Counted from the first letter of the whole stretch, positions 1 to 12,254 are shown. The stretch: 61,527 nt of DNA, filler included, from Asterionella formosa (GCA_002256025.1; 20 parts of 20 records of this genome joined end to end with filler, not necessarily neighbours in it), one strand, 5' to 3'. Notes: generated by a model from the sequence alone, not told the origin. Made by a program: numbers and translations.

Positions 1-279
1 CTTCTTTGTTGCTATCAATTTCATCAACTATATTCGATTAACACAGTACTAGGTTCAAGGCCGTCATTGTCGATTATGGTGGTTGAAACAAAATTGTCTT
101 GAGATAAAATAAAACAAAAGGAACAGCTGTTTTTTTTGACTCCCATGGAAGGCTGGATTTTCGAACATCTCAATTGCGGAATTGAACATTTTATAGATTC
201 AAGTAGTGCAGCTTAAGGCCGCAGCCACCAATCAAGGAACCAACAGCAACAATTTGAAGAAATTTGACCAACGAACCCC

Positions 280-783
280 ATGAGCGCCACGCCAGACGCA
301 ACGACCAGCGGCAGCTTAGCGAGTGGACGCGGCAGCACCGGTGTGAGAGGGCGAAGGGACAACTGTCTGCGCGGGAGCTGTGGCGGCCGGGCAAGGACAC
401 AAGCGACAAGCAACAACCGTGGCATTTTTAAGGGCAGCACAGAGGGCATGAACGGAAACGTATTTGAATGCTATGAAGAACAAAGTGACAGATGCCAGTA
501 CGCCAAAACGTTAGAAGTTCTAGATGGATATGTAAGGAAAACACTGAAGTACTCTGAAGACCTTGCCCCTTTGTTTGCCGACACCATGGCTGTTCCCATG
601 GTAGACATGCCAGATGACCTAGATGATGATGCAGGACTGACCAGGAAAATGATTTTCGCAGAAGAAGTAAAAGCGTATGTCAAGTGCAATCATACCCTGA
701 AGAGCAACCTAGCAACAGTGTATGCGGTGATTTGGGGCCAGTGTAGTGATGACATGAAGGCAAAGGTCAAAACGCACGATGGC
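280..783 (+). mobile_element. Ty1/copia (diatom CoDi-type) Gag N-terminal fragment, 3'-truncated
   Basis: ORF with a G/R-rich N-terminus, then FKGSTEGMNGNVFECYEEQSD..QYAKT and VIWGQCSDDMKAKVK, which I recognise as diatom copia Gag motifs. Similarity stops abruptly at about 783. Confidence 0.72.
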
Positions 784-1193
784 TACTTATATTATGTACT
801 GTTATATATTGTTTGATTACCGGTATATACCATACCTGGTCTGCATCTTCAGACAAATATTCGCAATATTCGGACTTTCCCAGAACTCCCAGTACTCTCA
901 GCCACTCCCTCATTTTAACAATATCTCTGTGATTGACATGATTTGAATTCAAAGTGCACATGAAGTTGTATTACAAATTTCCCCAACTAACCTAGCAGTA
1001 TTGCACAAAATAAACATTCTGACCAAAAATTGGAAGGACCATTATTATGTGGCTTCTTATTAGATAAAAAATAAAAAAGAATAAAATATAATTGCCAAGA
1101 GTTCATACCCACAGATGCTTGTTATTCCACCATTCCACCAGCTGCAAAATAAAAAAATGTATGCATGTTCACAAATCATCCAAGCTAAGGTGA

Positions 1194-2751
1194 CTAACCA
1201 GCACAAGTCACGCTCTCTTTACAGGAACTGCTGCAGTTGCAAATCAGTGGTGGGCAAACACCTATTTCTGCTAAAAGTGCGATACTACATACTTCTGTTG
1301 GAACTGTGCCTGTAAAATTGTTCATTCCAAGAGATAATCCAGCTGCCAAGAAAGTGAAATTTTAGCACAAACATTCAAGAAATATAAATTTAGGCCCAAA
1401 TAACTCACTCAATGCAGACATGAGACCAATTTCGGTGGGAATTATACCAGTAAACTTATTTTTCCCAATTTTAAAAACTGTGGCATTTGTTAAATGGCCG
1501 ATTTCTGACGGAAGTGCACCAGTCAACTGGTTTTCGTTTACATAGAAAATTGTTAGACCAGTCAAATATCCAATCTCTGTAGGAAGTGTGCCATTGAAAT
1601 CATTGGAATCTGCTTCAAAATCTGTGAGACTTGTCAAATATCCAATCTCTGTAGGAATGGTCCCAGTGAAGTTATTATAGCTGATAATCAAAGTCAATAG
1701 ATTTGTCAATAATCCAATCTCTCTTGGAAGTGTTCCCTTCAATGTGTTATTAGTCAATATTATTGAAATGACCTGGGTTTCATCTTCATTGCAATCCAAT
1801 CCAAACCAAGCACCACAATCATCGTTGATACTAAATAGCCACGAAGACCTGTTATTGACTTGGTATTTAGTAGAACCACGGTTGAGCCACTGGTCTCCAG
1901 AGGTTGCATAATAAAGGGTCACCAAAGCATAGATTTGGAGCAACTTAGCAGTATCCATCTTTTCTGTAGTACCTGGCTCACTTTCTAACCAGATCATTCA
2001 TTGCCTGCTGCTGTGGGGAGCCGTCAGTCAAAAGTGCAGCCCCATCATCAAACGACTTTTTAGATAGTAAGGAGAATAAAGCAGACGTTGGACTTGGTGA
2101 TGGAGGAACTGATGTTGGATTCGATGTGAAAGGATCAACTAACTCATTGCCTGACTTGTTCCGAGTAAGCACAAATGCAACTACAGCAGCAACAATCGCA
2201 ACAAGACTTGTGAGTCCACAAGATACCATGATGTTAATCATGCTACGGCGACGTTGGGCCTTCGCTTCAGCTTCAGCGTCGATGGCCGTCACAGTCGTAA
2301 ACCTAACAGGGGCAGAATCATCAACAAGAGTGGCATTCACGGCCTCCTGTTGGACTCCCTCTATGCTATGCATGGCAAGTGGTTGCTGAATTATTCCCTG
2401 GGACTCCACTAAAGACCATTCTTGCATGACCACTCCCTCCCACCGCGACTGCTCCAGAAAGTGTTTGTGGAGGTGGTGCTCCCAGTTCTTGATGCTCCAC
2501 CACCGCAGGAGAAACCCCTGCAAAATGTTACGCCCTCGTCCAGCCCTGTGGTTAACATGATGTTCCTTCCTATCAAGGCCTTCTCCATGTAAAAACTCAG
2601 AGTCCCAAGCTCGTTCTTCCTCCTTTGCTTCGTCAGCAAAAGGCACCCTGCTGGCATAATCGCTCTTCTGTTTTGCAGTGCCAGAAGGTTTCACTGACCT
2701 TACGTGATCATATTGGCTGCCTTTCTTGGCTTCCTTGCTGTCGTTGTTCAT
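1194..2751 (-). pseudogene. Single-pass transmembrane leucine-rich-repeat (receptor-like) protein, frameshifted
   Basis: TM helix (LTSLVAIVAAVVAFVL), SPQQQAM-IWL, ALVTLYYATSGDQW LRR cap, and several 24-aa plant-type LRRs (NxLxGxIPxEIGxLTxL). A GT-AG intron at 1408..1343 joins a last exon (GLSLGMNNFTGTVPTEVC...CAG*, stop at 1194). A CATT tandem duplication at 1995..2002 breaks the frame. Confidence 0.82.
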
Positions 2752-2998
2752 ACTGCTGCTGCTTGTATATTGTGTTTAACGCGCAGGATGATCACAACAG
2801 TAAGGCAAAGACAAGATTATGTGGAGAAGAAAAGAAAGAAGCATCAAACAAACAAAAACAAGCAAAACTTCGCAAGCAATATTCTCAAGGGAGGTCTGCA
2901 AAAAGAAGATTCCAATTTGCTTTGCGTATGTTGGAAAATACAATGTACAGGTGGGCTTTAGAAATACCCACTTACTGTTTTTTGGGAATTCGTCCCAG

Positions 2999-3098
2999 NN
3001 NNNNNNNNNNNNNNNNNNNNNNNNNNNNNNNNNNNNNNNNNNTTAATTAATTAANNNNNNNNNNNNNNNNNNNNNNNNNNNNNNNNNNNNNNNNNNNN
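2999..3098. other. Artificial contig spacer (first of 19)
   Basis: N44-TTAATTAATTAA-N44. Others start at 6090, 9183, 12275, 15367, 18456, 21545, 24631, 27715, 30798, 33879, 36955, 40031, 43106, 46180, 49253, 52325, 55393 and 58461. Confidence 0.99.
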
Positions 3099-3400
3099 CA
3101 CTTGTCGCTCTATTGATGGTAACAGAGATGCGGACAAGTTCAACAGTGAATACAAGAACAACATACCAATGAAAACAAGTCGACAGTGTGTGTACGCACA
3201 CGCCAAGCAGGTTTGAGGCAACGGACAGTTCCAACAAGCAAATGACGATATGGATATCAAATTTTTCCTACAAGCAAACAACAATGAAGAGAGCCACTTG
3301 CTTTCGCTCTCTTGATGGTATCAAAGATGCGGACAAGTTCAATACTAGTAAATACAAGTACAGCATGCCAAATTCAGAAACGAGCGATGATATGAAAAAG
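3099..3400 (+). repeat. Imperfect ~196-bp tandem duplication
   Basis: cacttg..cgctct.ttgatggta...agatgcggacaagttcaa...aatacaag occurs at 3099 and again at 3295. Confidence 0.55.
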
Positions 3401-3579
3401 AAATTGTAATCAGAATCATTCTATAACTATAGCTAGCTATGTGGACAGTAATCTGTTACATTTTCGTATCTCCTTCTATGCTGAATCTCAATAGTAGATG
3501 TAGTATCATGTGAGAATTGAAAATGTGAACAAGAACAATTAGAATGTGTTTGTTTATGGGTTGATTGGCGAGATCATTG

Positions 3580-3963
3580 TAATGCTGTTCACTGCACATG
3601 ACAATTACTCAAAGATATAATGATCACTTGACCAACAATTGAAGATGTTATTGCAAACAATCATTCCACTTGTCATCGCTAGTATTTCGTTGTTGTTTCA
3701 AAAATCGGAGTGATAACGGATGGAAATGACGAGCAAAATTACATTACTTTAGCTGGTACATTATCCTATCAAGAAATTCGAATACAGGAATCTAATAGAA
3801 ACAATACATATAATAATTAAATATATGTATTAAAAAGGGTTACTTTTTAAATTACAAGGGCATTTATCAAAATTATTAGATGATATAACGAAAAATTATT
3901 ATGATCAGATGATCACAATCCTATGATGCATCATGGAAATATGATAGTTTTTATTTGCAGACG
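3580..3963 (+). mobile_element. Terminus A of a Plavaka-like TIR transposon
   Basis: Aligns with 42783..43028 and with the reverse complement of 31289..31640. Ends in gatagtttttatttgcagacg. Confidence 0.8.
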
Positions 3964-3971
3964 GATGCCAT

Positions 3972-4922
3972 GATTTGCCCCTTGGTTTTCCAGCCCTGGG
4001 ATAGCCGAAATTGGCAAGGGGTCTACTTAAGGAAACCATTTTATATACTATCCAGATTTTAATAATTCATATCTAGAATTCACCTCGTTTTTGTTCGTCT
4101 CCTGAAAAAGTGACTCTGGCATTCACCTTTCACCATGCCAATCGTCGTCCATCATGACCGGTTTGAAGCGAAATCAGTTCCGCGATGACGCCAGTAGCGA
4201 TTTGTTGTCTAACGGATGCGGTTGGTTGTGGGATTGCTTGTCATCTCGAGGCATTTATGTAGTCGCATTGTCCGTATTTCGTCGGACAAACAAGGATATC
4301 GATTCATCTGATGTTGGTGGCAAGGTTTTGCTCCGGTCATGCATGTGATGATGCTTAACTGATATTCTACCGGTACTGGCAGTCATCTGGTCTACATACG
4401 TACGTGGTACTAAAAACAACCATGCATGGTTTAAGCTATACTTTAATGCTTACTTTGAACATGTTATAATATTATCTCTGTAGACTCAGTATTATTTTTA
4501 CGAGACCCGAATGTTAAATTATATCGTTCACATATTCATTGATTTTATGTACAGTATGCCCGATTTATCCTCACAATTAGTATAGTAGTTCTCACTCTAT
4601 CTTGCCTGCCTTTGTTCTATTCGGGCTTGCAATAGGCAATGTTCATCTTTCTTTGATCCTATCGTCTGCTGCTTGTTATGATAGTTGAAGCGGATCGGTG
4701 AGTACAACAGTGAAACACTGAATGTGGATTGTAGATCGTATTTACCATATCGACTTTCCGATTTGATTGCTTCCGTGGTTTGTTTTGATCACTTCCGTCG
4801 TTGTTTGTCGTTCCGCACTGTCGTTTTGTTTCGATTGTATATATCTACATAAGAACCAATGCATTTATCAATGACCACTCATTGAAGATGTGGTATTGTG
4901 CCGTTGTTGATCGTATTTGTTG
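3972..4922 (-). mobile_element. Internal fragment of non-autonomous TIR element X
   Basis: Reverse-complement match to about 59527..60477 and direct match to 18556..18733. Confidence 0.85.
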
Positions 4923-4985
4923 TAGTCTCAATTGGTTCATCCTGATTTAACAAAGGGGGCCAACTACGTGAAGAGCATTGCGAAT

Positions 4986-5417
4986 TCAGCAATAGAAATA
5001 GCAAGAATAAAAAGTCTTGAAGATGGGGCTGGGCCTGTTTCCATTGTAAGGATTGACTTTTATTATCATGTTAAAATTGAAAGTAACGTTCCCGGCCAAA
5101 CTACTATTTTCAGAGTCTTCATCTGCGAAGAACAAATGTTTGAGTTTCCTCTTCGAAAGCAATCTTTCTTTCTTTTCAATCTCTGCCACTATTATATCGG
5201 CATACTTCATTATTTTTTCTGGAGTATTATGAATCTGTTCAAATTCATCTGATCTTTGAGTGTATTCAAATGAATCATCGATTGATATCATAAGTTTCTT
5301 CATCTTCTTTTCCGAAAACATAAAGTCGTGTAGTGTAAACAATGGAAGTAAGTCACGTTTCTTGTTTGACTGATCCTTTGCATGAAATCCATGAAATGCC
5401 ATTTGGAAAGTTGTCAA
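4986..5417 (-). CDS. Hypothetical ORF, probably transposon-associated
   Basis: 143-aa charged ORF between a repeat and an AT-rich region; no recognisable motif. Confidence 0.25.
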   Translation of the reverse strand: MTTFQMAFHGFHAKDQSNKKRDLLPLFTLHDFMFSEKKMKKLMISIDDSFEYTQRSDEFEQIHNTPEKIMKYADIIVAEIEKKERLLSKRKLKHLFFADEDSENSSLAGNVTFNFNMIIKVNPYNGNRPSPIFKTFYSCYFYC

Positions 5418-6189
5418 AAGGCCAGCAGACTAAGATGTAAAACAGCGGAAAGGAAACGCGGTGCAAGCTTTTTGCGGCGCTTGTGGAGGTGCAGCTGGTG
5501 TGATGGTAACCGAGTGTAGTAATTGTTGAACAGAGCACTGTGTAATATGCATGTTCCGCCAGCGTAGTGTTTACACAATACACATGCCGGCATATATATA
5601 GCTACTATAACAAGGAAAAACGACATGACAATGAACGTGATGGCTGGTTGTTGAGGATACCGGTATGTGATATGCATCAATTCATATCACAAATCATATT
5701 TTAGTGATGTACATATCAATGCATCCATATACTTAGATCCTATCCACCGTATAATACTACTATCATATTAACTGTTGGCTTTTACTGTATACATTAAAAT
5801 TCGAATATATATATATATATAAATATATTAATTAACATACTTTATGATTTATTTATTTATTTTCTATGATGTATCGATAACACTTACGTACATATTTTAT
5901 CGTATTTTATTATCATTGTATTATCTTAACACGATCATATTTTGATCAAACTTTTATCATACACATTCTAAGAAATCATCATAGTTCTATGATCAATGTA
6001 TCATCGCTATGTGATATACTTTATTCAATATTATGTATAATACTTTGGTGATGTATGCATCGATGTAACCCTATCGTGATATCACATTANNNNNNNNNNN
6101 NNNNNNNNNNNNNNNNNNNNNNNNNNNNNNNNNTTAATTAATTAANNNNNNNNNNNNNNNNNNNNNNNNNNNNNNNNNNNNNNNNNNNN

Positions 6190-6254
6190 ATTTGATCATA
6201 TGATCGCCATTAAAAGATGCATCACACGAATTAGATGTTTTTTATTTGCAGATG
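6190..6254 (+). mobile_element. Diverged Plavaka-like terminus interrupting a copia gag
   Basis: gatgcatc...ttttttatttgcagatg resembles the family end TTTTTATTTGCAGACG. Confidence 0.65.
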
Positions 6255-6837
6255 TAGTTGCTGAAACAGTGTGTCAATGCATGGGCATCAGGGGATGCAA
6301 TGCTGTGGCCATGCGCTAAATGTTGTCATCTTTCATTTCCATGGTTACTCGGCCATATTGTGTGCGCAGGTGAGTGAGCATTTGGAGACAATTGACGCGT
6401 GAGAAACCGGATTGCCTTTCATTCAAGGCGTGTAGATAGATCAGCGGCGGCGTCACGGCAATAATTTGGCGGACAAGGGCTTGTTTGTCAACATCATGAT
6501 ATAGTTCGAAGGTCTTTTGGCGGACCAGAAGCAGGCGGTTGGCTTCAGTGATTTGTGGGCCGGTAGGCGCCTCCATGAGGAACACTGGTTCCACAGAGAG
6601 TACAACAGGGGGCACATAGGGGACTCCGGCAATCATGAGGTATGCAGCGGGAGTAACGGTGAGCATGAGGTGACCATTGAGTCCTCCTCCATCATAGGAG
6701 TGGACGGAGATCGCATTGGCATTGAGTTCCTTTTGGGCCGTTTCGATCGTGAGATAAGTTGGTTGCTGGGTGAGAGTGCCAAGGGGGGTCAGCGAGGGCG
6801 CTGGGAAGTTTGCCTGGAAGGCTCCTTCACTTGTCAT
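6255..6837 (-). mobile_element. Ty1/copia (CoDi-type) Gag, degenerate
   Basis: LNANAISVHSYDGGGLNGHL, QITEANR and LTHLRTQYG motifs typical of diatom copia Gag. Premature stop at 6316; truncated by the insertion ending at 6254. Confidence 0.8.
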
Positions 6838-6866
6838 GGTGACAAGTCAGCCTAAATTATCAGTTC

Positions 6867-7031
6867 TATTGAAGAACTCACTAAGCTACTAACTATAATG
6901 GTAATCAATGAACTGATAATTTATGAGTGGTTTAGAGACAGTTGTTGCTTCGGGCTGAGTGGTCATTGGAGTGACATCATGCTGCATCAATAAGTTGGGA
7001 AACCTGTAGGAAACCGTTGGGGTTCTCAACA
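6867..7031 (-). mobile_element. 5' LTR (~165 bp) of the CoDi element
   Basis: Inverted termini TGTTGAGAAC...GTTCTTCAATA, ending 30 nt upstream of the gag ATG. Confidence 0.7.
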
Positions 7032-7520
7032 CCAGGTACCGTAGCTATTTTTGTATATAAATATGATATGCATGATGCGTCCTATATGTATTGATTCTGC
7101 GACCATAATACTTGATTTTCTAGTGACTACATTCAAAGTAGTCAATATGGAATCCTACGTTTAGGTAACTTTGGAAAAAAAATACCTAAACGTAATGCGT
7201 TCGGGAAACTTATTGGGATATGGGCACGGAATCCCGTAATTGTAATGCGTTTGCGTACGGTTTTTCACTCCCGATAGCATCGTTTTTTAGGGTTGCCGAA
7301 ACCAAAACACTGTTTGGTTGGCGTTTTGGTCCACCGTTAGCAACGACCTGAGCGATGCCGTTTTGCAACACCGTGGATTTATCTGCTGTGCGTTCTGAGA
7401 ACCTCCGACAAATACCGGTAGGTACTTTAAGAAATCTAGCAGCGATCATCGCACATCCCTATTATCAAACTAAGTAATTTCTTCTAATCTAGGAAGGGTA
7501 TCGCTAAACGAATAAGAATT

Positions 7521-8204
7521 ATGGACGAGAAAATGAGCAAAATTCTGATGGAATCACCACCAGGCCACTTTGATTGTGTTCTGAAAAATATCACGGCTCT
7601 GAAACCAGGGTCGCAGTACAACGAGACACTATCACAATATGAAGCGAAAAACGGAAGAATCTACCTTATTGCCATTGAAGAAGGAGAAAAGCACCCGCTC
7701 GTTTCCACTTTGAAAGAGCAGCTGTTGTCCCACCAGGAAAAGTTCTTCTCAGCTACTGGAGTCTCCATGGGCTACAAGGTCGAATCCAATGGAAACAATA
7801 TTTTTGTGAGCTCGTACTCGGAACTTGATGACAAAACAAACTGCTTTTCTGGCTCCTGGTTTTCCCAGTGGAAGGTCAAAACCGACTTTGCATCTGAAGC
7901 ATTGGTAAGTGGAAAGGTGATTATCAAGGCCTACGCTTATGACAACAGCAACATACAATTGCAGACAACCGAAGATTTTGGGGATACCGCTGTCGCGGTG
8001 GAAGGCAACGATCTATCTAAGTCTTTCGTTGCTCAGATTTCCTTATGGGAGCAGCAAGTTATGGACAGCTTGCAGCAATTGCACGATGAAATGAATGACA
8101 AGCTGAAATCACTTCGCCGGGTTCTCCCCGTTACTCGCACTAAAATGGATTGGAACGTCATCACGCATCGAATGGTAAAGATCTTGGGAGAAGTGGCAGA
8201 GTAG
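7521..8204 (+). CDS. CAPZA: F-actin capping protein subunit alpha
   Basis: N-terminal SPPGHF, central SGSWFSQW and YAYDNSNIQL, and the C-terminal hallmark KSLRRVLPVTRTKMDW. Confidence 0.92.
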   Translation: MDEKMSKILMESPPGHFDCVLKNITALKPGSQYNETLSQYEAKNGRIYLIAIEEGEKHPLVSTLKEQLLSHQEKFFSATGVSMGYKVESNGNNIFVSSYSELDDKTNCFSGSWFSQWKVKTDFASEALVSGKVIIKAYAYDNSNIQLQTTEDFGDTAVAVEGNDLSKSFVAQISLWEQQVMDSLQQLHDEMNDKLKSLRRVLPVTRTKMDWNVITHRMVKILGEVAE

Positions 8205-8255
8205 ATTGATAACCGTGTGTCCAAGAAAATATTTATTTTTACTGAACATTCTCGT

Positions 8256-9110
8256 CTAGATAAGATTCGTACATGTGGCTTTAAATATTGCTCCGCCGGT
8301 CTCAGAGGCCTGCCTTAGATGATCCAAAAGCTCGCAATCAGAAAGTATTGCTCCAACCTCTGATATGTCGCTATCAATCAAGTTCCATTGTGAGCTCATT
8401 GGTGAAATACCGTTACACCTAAGAAAGCGATGCACCCTCGAGATTGCATACCAGTGTCGTCCCTCCTTAAAAAGTTGACCGAAAAAGGGTAGGAATCTAA
8501 AGATGCTACGGTCTTCGTTTGAAACGTTGATAATAAATCCCATCACATTGTTCTCAATCTCGCTTTTGTCGCCTTTTCCGTCACTAACGAAGCTGGGTTG
8601 TTCTCGCACCTGCCACCACAGAAGTGCTACGCCTCTATTGTGCAAGGCAGTCTGTAAGACTTCAAAACTATAGTTTCCAAAGAATATAGTTCTGTGATTA
8701 CTATTGATTCTTTCGTAGAGATTGGGCCCTCTGCGTCGACCTATTTCATTTGATACGGTGTGAACCAACGAAAGCAGATCATTCTCGAGGACAGTCAGAC
8801 CATCTGCAATTTCGTCGAATTCAGCTTTGGTTGCCGGCAGTAACTGTGCTGCACATAGTTTCAGCTCCCTTTCCCCACATAGCCACTGATACTTTGAATC
8901 ATGTTCATCTTTCGATAGCTGCAAGAGGTTGTTGACCGCATGGACGGCGCAAAGTTGCAGATGTTGCTTCTCGTGCACAATTATTACTCGTGACAGCAAA
9001 TCACCGTCCATATCATCCTCCTTTGCTTTCAGTTTACGGGTTGGCAGATTCGGAAATTGTCGTGCCAATGCGAGGACCGAACTAAATATGTTCGAAGCTA
9101 GCCACACCAT
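8256..9110 (-). CDS. Josephin-domain deubiquitinase (JOSD-like)
   Basis: HEKQHLQLCAVHAVNNLLQ (catalytic Cys), GNYSFEVL, RHWYAI (His) and WNLIDS (Asp). The true start may be the downstream MDGDLL. Convergent with CAPZA, 51 nt apart. Confidence 0.9.
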   Translation of the reverse strand: MVWLASNIFSSVLALARQFPNLPTRKLKAKEDDMDGDLLSRVIIVHEKQHLQLCAVHAVNNLLQLSKDEHDSKYQWLCGERELKLCAAQLLPATKAEFDEIADGLTVLENDLLSLVHTVSNEIGRRRGPNLYERINSNHRTIFFGNYSFEVLQTALHNRGVALLWWQVREQPSFVSDGKGDKSEIENNVMGFIINVSNEDRSIFRFLPFFGQLFKEGRHWYAISRVHRFLRCNGISPMSSQWNLIDSDISEVGAILSDCELLDHLRQASETGGAIFKATCTNLI

Positions 9111-10837
9111 TTTCTTTCAATGGTTGCTCCTCGAAAAAGAGATCATGTACTGCTTGCTTGGAAACAGTTCTGATAAATTTCTNNNNNNNNNNNNNNNNNN
9201 NNNNNNNNNNNNNNNNNNNNNNNNNNTTAATTAATTAANNNNNNNNNNNNNNNNNNNNNNNNNNNNNNNNNNNNNNNNNNNNTAATTTGAAAGTTCAGAA
9301 TCACTCATTGCTTCTTTGCTTAAATGCGGTTATTGTTGAAATAACCGGGAAATACATCGGTTAGCCAACCAATCTGCATTCACATCCGATACGCCTACGG
9401 ATTTTTGCAACTAGGATAAAAGGCTGGGTGTTTAATAGCCTTTTTGGGAAATGCAAAAATAGGTTTAAGTGACATCCTCTTGTTAGTAACAAAACATTCA
9501 TAGTAAGTCTGATGTATAGTAATACTATCATTCAATAATCTTTATAGTGCATTTTTACTAGCCTAGCTACATGATTCAAAAATAGTACTATCAACTTTTG
9601 CAACAACAGAGGGATCCATTTTAGCTAAAAACAAATGTCATGCTGAATTCGCTGCTAAAGCGGATGAATCTTCATAACCATGTAAGGATGAAACTTGAAC
9701 TGAATGTTTCCATTTGTAGTGATGCAGGTCAGATGATATTTTGTAGTAACAACGAATAAGGTCATTATGGATTTCTTGAAAACTGGTGTGCTCATCTTTG
9801 AGTTCCTTGTGGATATCTTGAAGACTGATGTGCTCATCTTTGAGTTTGTCATACTTCACCTGATCACTTCAATTGCAAAGCTTTTCGAAAACAAACATAG
9901 GGTGAATATTATGGTTGGTCTCAATAGCAGCAACCTTTCTTGAACCGGAATCGAGTGAATCATCATCGTCATTCTCACTGGCAGAATTCAAGACAGAATA
10001 TATGGGGGTAGAACGATTGAAACGAACCTTTGTAGTATCTGTAGTAAAAGGAGGATTTATGTTTGTTGGAGCATATGGGGTGGTAGGTGGTGTTGCACCA
10101 CCAAAGGCATCATGAGCAGTATACTGCTTTTGCTTTTTATTAAAATAACTGGTATGAAAGGTTCCAAAATCTGCTATGCATGATCACTCGCTTTGGAGCC
10201 AAATCTGGCAATCGCCTTGCAACTGCTGCATCTCGCACTGGTTTCGGAGACATTGTATAACTGGTGTGGTCAGAAAGGACAAGGAACAGATGAAGTGTCG
10301 CTAAAAAAGGGGTAATGGGAGATTAAACATGCTTGCTATGGACAAATAACATACCTGTAGGTACTTACTACACACTTATGCATATAAAGATGGTAAATAT
10401 ATATATATGTAGTAACTGGAAAAAGATCATACTACCAGGTACGTACATCATCAGAGCATGTCCTTCAAGAAGATGTATGCAGTTGTTCAAAACTACTGGT
10501 ACCTTGTTACTACGTACTCCTAGCAGTCCTTACTTGTGAACATGATAGAAGTAGATGAAATAGATTTCTACTTACAACATTGCATGTTGTAAAATGTATT
10601 AGTACTGTACACCACGATACTACAAACACTAGATTTATGATCATAAAAAACTAATTGTAAGATCATTTTACGTCAAATTTTGTACAACCGCAGTACATAT
10701 TCACACTTCGCATTCTAGCCCTAACCATTTTTCACGTATATTTCACATCCATGATGGGTCTTAAATATATCATTAACTATTTCTCCATACCCAACTGTTG
10801 TACAACCTAAATTTGTACTCTATTTTAGGTCATGGTA

Positions 10838-10945
10838 AAAAATGAACTCATACACAGCATTGAATATATTAAAATTCGGTACAGGTAGTAAATGAACTCA
10901 TACAGCTGCATTGAATATATACAAATTTGGCATGGGTAGTAATAT
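10838..10945 (+). repeat. Two ~50-bp imperfect tandem units in AT-rich DNA
   Basis: aaatgaactcatac..gcattgaatatat..aaatt.gg...ggtagta twice, with a partial third copy near 10987. Confidence 0.55.
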
Positions 10946-12139
10946 TTGTAATATCACTTACTGAAATTACTACAGCCTTAATTCATAAAAAATGAAATCA
11001 TACACAATTTCATAAAATCAAATTAAGTATGCTGGGTAATAAAGATGATATTCAGATCTAGCTTTGTGTACGATAGTGCAAGGTTGTTTGAAATATTCAA
11101 ACATACAAATACATATACATATATGGTTTGCTCAATTTTATTAGGACTCGTGGGTACATCTTTATTCTTATGCAAACTACATGAAATGAATAAACAACAC
11201 ACAGATAAACTACAGATCAATTTACCGATAGTACCTTGCGACTTCATTGGTGAAACAACAAGGAATGGTACTGAACAGAAGGCCGAAAGCCACAGTAGGT
11301 CAATGGAATAGGTCAGTATATTCAATTGTTGGGTTGACAGTAACTAAATGCATGCTTTCTCTTCAAGTGATTCATTGCTTACCTGAACAGCAATGTATAC
11401 TTGTAGGGACAAATTCAATGTGAAGAAGTGATGGTTGTGGTAGTAAGTGCTGTCATCGGATCATTGCTCAAAAGAATCACCTATTAGAATATAAGTAACA
11501 CATCCTTTTGAATCTATCAGGGTAATTGTATACAAAGAGAATATGGAAGTTCTAAACATCAACATGTTCATGATTTATTGAGGAATATGGAAACTGAACA
11601 TGGACTTGTTGTGGGAAATGACGATACCATCATGATTGGGACTGCCTGTTTTTAAGAAAAGCTAAGCAACAAGCCTAAGACATATTTGCTTCCCATTATT
11701 AGTAATTACAGTGAACAATCAAAATGGATCGATTGACACATTGTGTTCTTGAGGAATCTGTGTGACGGAATACATCTATTCAGGGTAAGTGAAAATAGAA
11801 TGGAACTGCATGTTGTTGCATAAGAATAATATGACTTACAAGTCTTTGCTTCGCAATTGTTACAACATTAACATGAATACTAATAATGAAGGTAAGCTCT
11901 GAAATGGAGTAACGGGAATGGGGAGAGGCAACCCGCCATTATCAGCAATATCAGTTGATTCTTTGGGCGATATTTATTAGTGAGCGTATCGAGAATATCA
12001 ATATTTTTACATACATTTTCAATACTGGCTGGCCGCCGCGAGGAGGACATACACGAGGATCCTTTCGTACCCTGGTATAGATCCTCGTCTGGGAAGACAT
12101 GAGTGAAAAATAGAGACATACCACCGGTATTGCAACACC

Positions 12140-12254
12140 ATGGTAGGTTTTTTGCAACCCATTGGCGCACATGCCGACGTCAAGGAGCTAGAATACATTT
12201 CGGCTTTGCACCAGACTCAGGCGGATTATCTTCGAGCCGATGGATCAATTGACG
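12140..12254 (+). CDS. First exon of an uncharacterised protein, cut by the contig end
   Basis: caacaccATG, then MVGFLQPIGAHADVKELEYISALHQTQADYLRADGSID, then a GTAAGT donor at 12255. The ELEYISALHQT motif is recalled from diatom hypothetical proteins. Confidence 0.55.

Noticed and set aside
150..280. 5' LTR and self-priming site for the first copia gag
   Set aside because: No TGG-type PBS is visible, but neither an LTR boundary nor a complementary upstream segment could be identified.
2999..3098. Regularly spaced TTAATTAATTAA motif, and gene neighbourhoods across it
   Set aside because: It is an artificial all-frame-stop linker inside N runs; adjacency of different contigs has no biological meaning.
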